Shown in pieces: positions 50,566 through 60,012 of a DNA stretch of 64,000 nt. Position 1 is the stretch's first letter; every line of letters starts with the position of its first letter. The notes beneath the pieces are model-generated. The model was not told the DNA's origin. It made no database searches and worked only from the letters and a program-made list of their open reading frames with translations. Made by a program: the position numbers and the translations under genes. The stretch comes from Selaginella moellendorffii (taxonomy: Eukaryota; Plantae; Lycopodiophyta): assembly GCF_000143415.4 (NCBI RefSeq), contig NW_003314298.1, positions 186,001 through 250,000 on the forward strand. The letters are read 5' to 3'.

Positions 50566-50999
50566 GGATGGGCGCCACTGACCTCCAAGAACCCTAAATT
50601 TATATAGTCCAAAAGCGGTCGCGCGCCGAGGACCTCATCGACGAATCCTTGGTTTCGCACAGGGACGGCACGAATCTCTTCGTGGGCGCCGGCGATTCCA
50701 TCGTCTACTGCTGCTCGCGCTCCAGCGGCGAGATCTGGAGGCTGGATTGCTGCGATCATCAGCGCAACGCTGGCTACCAAGCGACCTTTGGAAATGAGCA
50801 AAGAATTTTCTCTTTAATCATACATGACGATCTGTCAAAGAATACCCTCTTTAATCACGAGGACACAGAATCTACACTCACACTAGTTTCAAACAAAATT
50901 GCTACTAGAACATAGGCAAAAGAATTCCTAGAATCTACACTTAACACCATGAGATCTTTGTCCTCAATTTCTAGACTTTGCTCCCAGCAAGCACATCCA

Positions 51000-51400
51000 A
51001 TCCACTGAAACTGGCTTTTAAGGCATGCTCCTCACAAGTTCCTCGGCCTCTTCCATACACCCAGCTCGCCCCAAGCAATCCACCATGCAGCAGTAACCTT
51101 GCCTCGATCCTTGGTAGTGGCGAGATGCTCTTCTTGGGCGTGTGCCAAGAACATAATGACCCACAAGTGGCAATCGCGTCGCTCCATGGAGTCAAACACT
51201 GCTCGCGCGCGCTGGATCTTGCCCAGCTTGCCATACCGAAGGATGACGAGATTGGAGAGGTAGCAGCAATCGCCAGGCAGCATTTGCTTCTGGGCGATCG
51301 ATCCGGGAATGGGCATCGATCGCCTGCGAGGAATTGGTCGCGGAAGTGATGAGATCCACACACTCGGACTTGGACAGCATCATTTTCGCTCGACACCGAA
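51000..51400 (-). pseudogene. PLS-class pentatricopeptide repeat gene remnant (internally deleted)
   Basis: YGKLGKIQRARAVFDSMERRD..W..M..AHAQ joined to YCCMVDCLGRAGCMEEAEELVRSMP*KP. Confidence 0.85.
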
Positions 51401-51786
51401 GCTAGCCTCTCACGAGATTAGAGAGAAGGGAGAGATTAGGGGAATTCTCGATGGCATCCTTCCAAAGTAGCACTTCCCGGATCCCCTGGCTTGGTTTGTT
51501 CATTCTAGTGAGTCAACGCATTGCAAAGAGCTTTTCCTAGCTGCCTTCAAACAGTTTCCTTAGGCACTATAGATAGGAATAGAAATAAAGTGTGTAATTT
51601 GTAAAGTGAAATAAAAATGACACTACACACTCATATAAATATGATCATTCAACTTATTCATTCATTGTCATAGCTTTTTCAATGGCTCTCATGGCTTCAA
51701 TGTCATTTGTTTTGGTTCTCTCGATGTTATCCATGCTTCTAGTTAGTTTTCCATCTATGTTCTGTCCAACTGCGATCTTTAGTCTT

Positions 51787-52171
51787 AATCATTCCATGGC
51801 AATGGCTCTCCACGGCACTCATCCAAAATGCTAAGGCCTTCAGGGATGGACAAAAGGCTATGATGGGGATAGATCACACCCGGTATTCAAGTCATGGGAA
51901 CAGTATTTTACACATTGTGGCCATTCAAGGTACATTTGTGCTGTTTCATTTTCAATCGCTTGATGTTATCTTTTGTACTCCAGGTTTGGATGCATTCTCA
52001 TCCAAGGACAAAGTGAAAGACCTAGTCAACATGTCTCTGGATTCTACTGCAGACATGAGGAAACTAGAAGAGGATCAAAAGACGTATGCACGTAGAATGT
52101 TTGGATGGGGTAAGAACACGGCAATGTGCAAGTGTTTGGAGCCAAAGCTCAGTGTGAAAAAGAGTAAGTAA
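51787..52171 (+). pseudogene. 3'-terminal fragment of the CR-type NTPase/REase gene (copy 3)
   Basis: Matches 62585-62988 (QGTFVLFHFQSLDV..KLSVKKSK*), with a stop and a deletion. Confidence 0.9.
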
Positions 52172-52984
52172 AACTTCATAGTTTGTTCTGTCCACAATCA
52201 ATCTGAGAATTTTTCTGGACTGCAGAGGCAAAGCAGCGACACATTGCAGCTTTTGGTCACTTTGCACTTTTGACTGTTCTAGAGCGAGAGAGGACGTCCT
52301 TATGTGTGTGGCCAGAAGAGAGATGCTACAGTCTGAAAAAGCTGGTTCTTATGTACAGTTTGAAAAGTTGGTCCCCATGAGTCCATTGAGGAACCTGGAG
52401 CTTGCACACGAATAGTTCAAATGGACGAGAGGAGAGAAGTATAATATGCACATAGTTTATATTTAACTTTTAACTATTCTCTAATTGTATTAATAAGCCA
52501 GATCTTCAATGTGCTTTTGTTTTTCGCATACAGCTAGAAACCTGTGTGTGGCAAATTCAAGATGACATGCAATTAAAGCTATCATGCAATGGAACGATTA
52601 TCTTGGTTCAAAAAGAATTCCCAAGTTTAAAAGACATTAGGACCAAAGTTTTGATAGTGTTGTATGAATCTGATGTGGAGTGATTGTTTGAGAGACTGCT
52701 TCAATATTGTTGTTCAAGGGCATAGGGCAGGGCGGGGTTTTGGTTGGAGAGCTGGGAGGAAGGCGGCTGCTCTTGAGTTTCAAGGCGGGAGTTGTAGCCT
52801 CCTTGTCTCAATTAGGCTGCTTTGAAGAGATCGGAATCAGTCGCGGAGCTGCTGGTTCGGCTTTTCATGGTTTGCAGACTACAGTCTTTCTAGATCTGCT
52901 CAAGTTTGTGTGCCTTTTCATCATGGAGGTACTGCTGCCACAGCTCGAATCTGCCTTTGCCCTCACCTATCCTCTCCACTGATA

Positions 52985-54375
52985 TTCTACACCCGAAATT
53001 GACCAAATAAAGGCAAGTTATGTCACGGACCCTGCCGAGCTGCGTACTGTGCACGGTCTCCTGGATATCTTCTGGGTCGAGCAACGTTTTCGAAAATTTC
53101 GACATGTTTTTGTTTCTGCAGATCTGTGTCTTGCATATGTGACCATTTTTGTATGCTTCTGCCGTTGGATGCAGCTGCTGCTATCAAGTTTGTTTGGATG
53201 GCACCTGCAGTGAGAACATGTCTTCACGGGCTCAGCGTTATCTTCTGATTGGCGCAGCGAATTGGACTATTTCTGCTTTCAGCCTGTAGCAGACAGCCTG
53301 GGCTTTGACGTGATACTGTGACATTTCGGATTTCGAGCTCGTGTTTCTTTTGGTGAACAGGTACTTAACATGCAACATGGTTTTCACTCCGTTATTGCAA
53401 TCTGCTTGTTGCTATCATTGGAGGAGGAAAACAGGTGAACTTCAGCCATCTGTTGGTAGCGGCTTGAGGTTACTTCTTCATGTCTTCTTCGATTTTGACG
53501 TGCGTATATGGTACGGTGGTCAGTCAGAGGCGGTATGTGGATTTGCATGAAGGACTGGAAGAACCTGTTTCTAGTGCAACGATTTGGAGGCTGCTTCATC
53601 AACAGATCGGTTTAATAAGGGCGGGTGGACGGGGAACATGTTTGGGTACCTCAAGAATAAATTAAGAATTCATCTGTTTTATGTTTTTTGTTTTTGCAAT
53701 ATATATCCCCATTTTCTCGATATTGTTGTTCAAAGGATGCAAAGCACAACTTCCAGCCAAATGATACTTGTGAGGGCTTCCAGCAGGTACTTAGTCAAGT
53801 GGCTTTATTTTCACTTACAAATCATGGGGATAGTTTTTGATAATGAGAGCTTAGATCAGGGTTTGGAACAAATAGCCATTTCTTTGGTTGGAAATCCCAT
53901 CAAAGTTCATTAATAGCTCTTGCGAATGCTATCAACTAGCCTGCAAATGTTGTATGTCATCATGCATTTTTAATGCTATTGCAAACAAACAATTTTTTTT
54001 TGTCTCAAGATATTTGGATATGCTTTTTATATTTGCTTTCTTTAAATTTTGAATTTTCATATTATTTAGACTAAAGATAATATATTTCTTGGTTTTTGGT
54101 GATAACTTTATAAATATGTATAGACTGTCATAGTATATAACAGAGATGAAAATACAGTATATATAGAGACTATCTTAAAACACTATATTTGTTGTTTTTA
54201 CAGATTAGTCTTCTTTACTGGAAACTTTTATTTAAGTTTCAAAATATCATTGACTTAAGGATTTTTGGAGTTATGGTAGATATGTTTATCTTGGTTCTAA
54301 AAATATTTTATACATAATAGCTAGAATTTATAATTTTTAAAATTTTGAGTTTAAGTTTGCCATCAATTTTAGAAC
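52985..54375 (+). repeat. Unit U, copy 3 (5'-truncated)
   Basis: Direct match to 23752-25072. Confidence 0.9.
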
Positions 54376-54555
54376 TAGTCTAAATTTTGGTGTGTAATGG
54401 ATTTAGTTAATGTATGTAATATTTTTGTCATTGAAAAAATTAGTAGGAGGTTATATAATCTATAGTTTTGTTGATGGATATGAAACTTTTTTTAAAAAAT
54501 GAAGCTAATAATCAATAATATCTTCAAAAATTACTCAATACTATTATACCTAATG

Positions 54556-54556
<1 letters not shown>

Positions 54557-54625
<69 letters not shown>
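54557..54625. repeat. (TA)34 microsatellite
   Basis: Direct. Confidence 0.98.
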
Positions 54626-54628
<3 letters not shown>

Positions 54629-55007
54629 AAAAAAGATAAAATGCTATAGAGGATATATTATCTTAATATATAGATAAAAATTAAGTGTTATAGATATATA
54701 TGTGGACTTCCACAATAATTAAAATAAGAAAAAATTCATTCTATCTATATAGCCACAAGATTTATGTAATTTTTATTTAAAATATTTTTTCATTCATTAT
54801 TAAGTTTCTATACATATTTTTATATTATACATATGTGAGTGCATGGAATATGGAAAGGGAATACAGAAATGTGCATATCAATTAGCCCAAAAACCCTAGC
54901 TTATATACAGGAGCGAGTGGTCCGGATTGAAACCAATCCGACGGCTACCAAAATCCACTATGCTAATATTAGTATACGGCATCGTAGCCGTACACTTGGC
55001 CCTCACA

Positions 55008-55022
55008 TCATCCCCTCCTCTC
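55008..55022 (-). promoter_or_regulatory. Polypurine tract of gypsy A (GAGAGGAGGGGATGA)
   Basis: Abuts the 3' LTR. Confidence 0.9.
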
Positions 55023-55039
55023 GGAATAATGGAAGGCCG

Positions 55040-58000
55040 TCAGGGTTCTCTTGTAGACGGGCCGGGATCTGGAGGAACGTTAGGAGGAGGCATCGGTGGA
55101 TCTGTAGACGGTATTAACTACTCCTGATCCCTTTGTATGAAGCGTTTTAACCGCTGCACATGCACAATCTCCGGAGGATTGGCTTGTTGAACATCATGCC
55201 GAACCTCATAAACTTGTGGTCCAACTTGCCGCAACACCCGATACGGTCCTTTCCACTGCGCAAGGAGCCCCTTAGGTAAACCACGTACTGTAAGATGGGG
55301 AAAACGGACTAACACCAAATCATCCACTTTGTACTCCGCTGGTGGACGATGATGGGAATTGTAGCGCCGTTGTTGTCCCACTTGTATGCGGCCTAAGTGT
55401 TCAGCAGACTCTGCTCGGACAAGTGGAAGAATGCTTGTCAAATATTGATCCCATGACCTAGCATCAGGAGCTCGTGGCAATCGCGAAGGTAAACCCAGCT
55501 CTGTTGGTAATATTGGATCATGACCATATAGAAGTTTATATGGTGAAGCACCAACAGAACTCTGCACCCCTGTGACATAAGCATACCGAAGAGACGGCAA
55601 ATAACCATCCCAATCTGAATGTTGAAAGTTCACATACTTCGCAATCATCCCTTTGAATGTCCGAACGAGCCGTTCCACCAGACCGTCTGATTGTGGATGA
55701 TAAGCACTCGTAAAAGTGTGGCGTATCCCCAACCGAGATGTCAAAACATGAAATACCTCAGCCATAAAAGCAGGACCATTATCCGAAAGAATCCGTTCTG
55801 GACAAGAATGCTGGAACACCACTCGATTGAGGAGGAAGTATCCAACAGCAGTTGCAGAGGCACTAGCAAGAGCACCAACTTCCACCCAACGAGTCAAGTA
55901 GTCAGAAGCAATAATAACATACTCATTGCCAGTAGTCGATCACGAAAAAGGTCCCATAAGATCAAACGCCACCAACTCAAACGGATGAGAAACTGCAATT
56001 GACTCCAACCGTCCTTCCGCAGCACAAGGGGGAGTATTACGAGCTTGGCACCAAACGCAGCTACGCACATACCGGATAATATCACGTCGCATCTCTGGCC
56101 AATAGAAAGACCTACGCAGCTTCTCGGTGACACGACGGTGTCCCATATGCCCACCTAGAATAGGAGAATCATGGTAGGCATGGAGAAACCGCGGAATAAA
56201 CACCGAAGGCACCACCAGCCGTAAATGAGCATCAAGATCCGTCCCCACAAAATAAAGAAGGCCATCTTCAAGGCGATATTGAGAATGTAAATGCCGAAAA
56301 GGCAAGTCATCAGCAAGTGATGCAGGATTCTCAAACCCATCTCGAAGCCTTCGAATCCACGGCTCAATCTTTTGAGCCTCGCGAACCTCATCCAGAGAAG
56401 GTAGATCTTGCTCTACGCCCTGTGGACACTGAACGTCAAAGACAGCAACCGCCGACGGCATAGAATCCTCATCTAGAAAATCCACAGATGCTGGAACAAC
56501 AGGTTCGTCAGAAACATGAGAAGTGAGTGGAGAAGGAAGAGGAGCTCAAGAGAGGGCATCAGCATCAGCCATAGAACTCCCTGGGCGATGAACAACATCG
56601 AAATCATATATCTGAAGCTTCAAAGCCCATTGAGCCATACGACCAACCAGGTTCTTCCGCTTCAATAATGAAGTAACAGCAGCATGGTCACCTTCAAGTA
56701 ACGTCCGAGAACCATGTAGATAGGCATGAAGTTTCTCGAAACCCCAGACCGCTGCTAAACACTCCTTCTCCGTCGTGGAGTAGTTCATCTCCGCTGGTTG
56801 TAATGTACGGCTTATGTATGCAATGGGATAGCGCTGACCAGGCACACTCGAACTCTCTTGCATCAACACACCTCCAAGACCAATGTCAGAAGCATCCACG
56901 CGCAAAATAAAAGGTCGAGTGTAGTCAGGATATGCCAAAACCGGAAGAGTCGTCAATAGCTCTTTGAGATTCACAAATGCCTGCTCACAATCGGGAGACC
57001 AGATGAAAGATGACGTTGATGACTTCAGCAACGCTCGCAATGGTATAGTGCGATCGGAAAGATGATCCACAAAACGACCGAGATACTGCACCTTACCCAA
57101 AAAGCGCTGCACATCATTCACACACTTCGGAGTAGGGAACTTTAGAACACCCACAAGTTTGTCAGGATCAACTTGCAAACCCTCACGAGAAATACGGTAC
57201 CCAAGATAAGTTGTGTCCTTGGACCCAAACACGCACTTCGACCGCTTCAGCTTTAAACCAACGTCGCGTAGCCAATCCAACACTTTACAAACATCACGAA
57301 CATGCTCCTCCCACGTCCCCTCCGAGTGGATCAAGACATCATCAATGAAGTCAGCCGTCACCTCCGGCATATCGCAAAGAACCTCGTCCATCATCCGCTG
57401 AAAAGTTGCTGGAGCATTGTTCAAACCAAACGGCATCACCAAAAACTCGTACAAACCAAATGGTGTACGAAAAGCAGTCTTAGGAATATCGTCTTCAGCC
57501 ATCGGTACTTGCCAATACCCAGAAGCAAGATCTAGCTTGGTGAACCAACGACTTCGCCCCAGACGATCCAAGAGATCAGCAGTGTGAGGAAGAGGGTACA
57601 CGTATGGGATCGTCACGTCATTTAACGGACGATAGTCGATGCAGAAACGAATACTCCCATCAGGCTTCGTCACAAGATGAGGTTCACATGCCCAAGGACT
57701 CCGCAACTTCCGAATAACACCCTTTTCCAACATCTCCTTGACGTTTGCACGTAAAATCTTGATCTCCTTGGGTGACCGACGACGAACAGGAACCTTGATT
57801 GGACAAGCATCCCCGGTTGGAATGGGATGACGTGTGGCAATCTTGGCCCCAGACGATAGGTCAAATTCAAAGAGATCAGAATACTCCTTCATGAGCTGGT
57901 CAACAGCTGCAACACAAAGATCATCGGAGGGATCGGAAAAGGGAAGAGCAGAACAAGATGGAAACACAAGAGGAAATAATAGGGGAACAAAAGTAATGGA

Positions 58001-58528
58001 AGCAGAGGTAGAAGTAGAGGGACGAAGAGGTACGGAAGTGAGAGGAATGGATGAAACATAAGGAAGTATGAGACAAGGGGGAAAAGCCTCAAAGTCACAC
58101 TTGGCATGATTGTGCTGCAACTAATCCATACCAAGAATGAGGTCAAAAGCTTGACTCGGCACCACCCGCAACGACTGCAACTCAAGCTCGAGATCGCCCA
58201 CACACACAACCAGGTCCGCCTCATCTCGTGCACATGCATGTGTATGGCCGTTGCCATAAAGAATGAAAACTGGATCTACCGCACGACGCAAGTGTAGACG
58301 ACAACGTGTGGCAACAGGTCGAGCAATAGAAGATAAACTCGAACCTGTATCAACCAACACGGAGAGAAGAATAGGAGACCTCTTGTTATAAAAACGAGCT
58401 TGGAAAGTAAACACTGGATGAACCGGTGCCGAGTGAACCCCTTGATGATACTCCCGAAAGAAAGATGGAGGGGTCACTAACTTATTCGCGCAAGGTCCCT
58501 CCATTACTCGCGCGACTCCTCGTTTCCC
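55040..58528 (-). pseudogene. pol: Pol (PR-RT-RH-IN, no chromodomain), single frame broken by nonsense codons at 58121, 56546, 55940 and probably 55118
   Basis: LVDTGSS; LDLASGYWQV; FIDD; DAS..YSTTEKECLA; HDSPILGGHMG..CVWC; LSDNGP; YHPQSDGLVER; WKGPY. All four ORFs are in one frame. Confidence 0.93.
58465..58528 (-). promoter_or_regulatory. -1 programmed ribosomal frameshift signal (G GGA AAC + H-type pseudoknot)
   Basis: Heptamer at 58522-58528 in gag phase; 6-nt spacer; stem 1 TCGCGCGAG/CTTGCGCGA; stem 2 ATGGAGGG/CCCTCCAT; pol is in the -1 frame. Confidence 0.85.
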
Positions 58529-59436
58529 GAATGCACCTCGGTATCCAAACCTTCCACCGCAGCAGCACCAACGGGACGTTGCTGACGCCAAGGTCTCCAC
58601 CCAGGAAATGGAGGTCGCCAATCCGGAAAGCGCCGACAACGCCGATAAGTATGACCAACTTCATCACACGCCCAGCAACGAACGTCACGGCCACGACCAC
58701 GTCCTCGCCCTTGTCCTTGGACTCGAGTAGCAGCAGCATCAACCTCCATGGGAACAGGACCATCACTCATAGGAAGTGGAGCTGAAGGACGTGTAGCAAG
58801 AAGTGGAAGAGGCGACGTCTCATAACATTGTGCCAAGCGAAGAGCATCGTCAAGAGTGGCAGGAGCAAGTGCATGCACAAGTCCGACAAGATCTTGACGA
58901 AGTGCTGGCCACAGCATTCCTAGCTTGATCCGCTCCGACATATTTGGCTCCGCACGAAGCAAAAGACTTCGGAAACGAACGCCAAATTGCATCACCGACT
59001 CAGATGGCCCTTGGCAAAGACGATGCAATTGTTGGAAGGCATTATCACAATCGTCGGCGTGTCCGAAGGCGCATTTAAAGACGTCCGGAAGAACACTCCA
59101 ATCGCCACGAGTAGCTGCGCTCAATCCATTGTACCACTGCAATGCCGTCCCTTGAAGACATGTGGGGAACTCACGCAAACGTCGAGCATCATCCCAAGAA
59201 TGATATGTGGCAATCACCGTGAAGTGATCGAACCAATGGTACACATCATCCCCAGGATTCCCACGAAAGAACTCCGGCCGAACGCGAGGATTGGCACCAA
59301 AAGCAGGAGGAGTTGTACCATGTGCCGTGAACGCCGCCATCAACTGAGTTTGGTTGTTCAATTGCAAGCGCATAGCATCAAGCAATTGAACTAACTGCTG
59401 CTCTAGAGTCAAAGGAGGAGATTGCGGATCGGCCAT
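58504..59436 (-). CDS. gag: Gag (310 aa) with CCHC knuckle
   Basis: Open ORF; PEFFRG..VYHWFDHF..CLQGTALQWY; CWACDEVGHTYRRC. Confidence 0.93.
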   Translation of the reverse strand: MADPQSPPLTLEQQLVQLLDAMRLQLNNQTQLMAAFTAHGTTPPAFGANPRVRPEFFRGNPGDDVYHWFDHFTVIATYHSWDDARRLREFPTCLQGTALQWYNGLSAATRGDWSVLPDVFKCAFGHADDCDNAFQQLHRLCQGPSESVMQFGVRFRSLLLRAEPNMSERIKLGMLWPALRQDLVGLVHALAPATLDDALRLAQCYETSPLPLLATRPSAPLPMSDGPVPMEVDAAATRVQGQGRGRGRGRDVRCWACDEVGHTYRRCRRFPDWRPPFPGWRPWRQQRPVGAAAVEGLDTEVHSGNEESRE

Positions 59437-59657
59437 GAAAATGAATGAGAAAGAAAGAGTAAAAGAAGAGAAATGACAAAAAGCTGGAAAGAAATGGTAG
59501 ATCTAGACAATGCAAAAAGCTAGATCTAAACCAAAATCTTGAAAGAAAAGAACAAAAGAAAGGAAATGGAAAAAGCTAGATCTAGACAATGCAAAAGCTA
59601 GATCTAAACCAAAATCCTAAATCCAAGCACTCCCCAGGGACACTCAAAGGTGCCCCT

Positions 59658-59668
59658 CATCTCCACCA
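59658..59668 (-). promoter_or_regulatory. Primer binding site, tRNA-Ala type (TGGTGGAGATG)
   Basis: Lies 1 nt after the 5' LTR; same sequence at 25248-25258. Confidence 0.75.
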
Positions 59669-60012
59669 ATGTGAGTGCATGGAATATGGAAAGGGAATAC
59701 AAAAATGTACATATCAATTAGCCCAAAAACCCTAGTTTATATACAGGAGCGAGTGGTCCGGATTGAAACCAATCCGACGGCTACCAAAATCCACTATGCT
59801 AATATTAGTATACGGCATCGTAGCCGTACACTTGGCCCTCACACATAGAAATTTAACTCCATAATATTTATAAGTATAAGCTCTATTATTTTATTAGCTT
59901 TCACCTAATAATCTATGGATCCGACGGCTGTCGTTGGTTGAACGGTGACGATTGTTTCAAAAGACCTAATGTTAGGGTTTTTGAGAGGTCTTTGTAGGGT
60001 TAAGTTCAAGCT

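Larger units (their letters stand above)
54834..59843 (-). mobile_element. Gypsy family A, structurally complete young copy (5010 bp; LTRs 59670-59843 and 54834-55007; TSD CATA)
   Basis: 174-bp LTRs with 3 differences and TGTGAG..CTCACA ends. CATA at 54830-54833 and 59844-59847. PBS and PPT present. Confidence 0.97.

Noticed and set aside
56546-56548. TGA at DALS* shared with copy 1 (4493-4495), suggesting programmed readthrough
   Set aside because: The conserved motif is ADALSR and CGA>TGA is a CpG hotspot, so parallel or inherited decay is sufficient.
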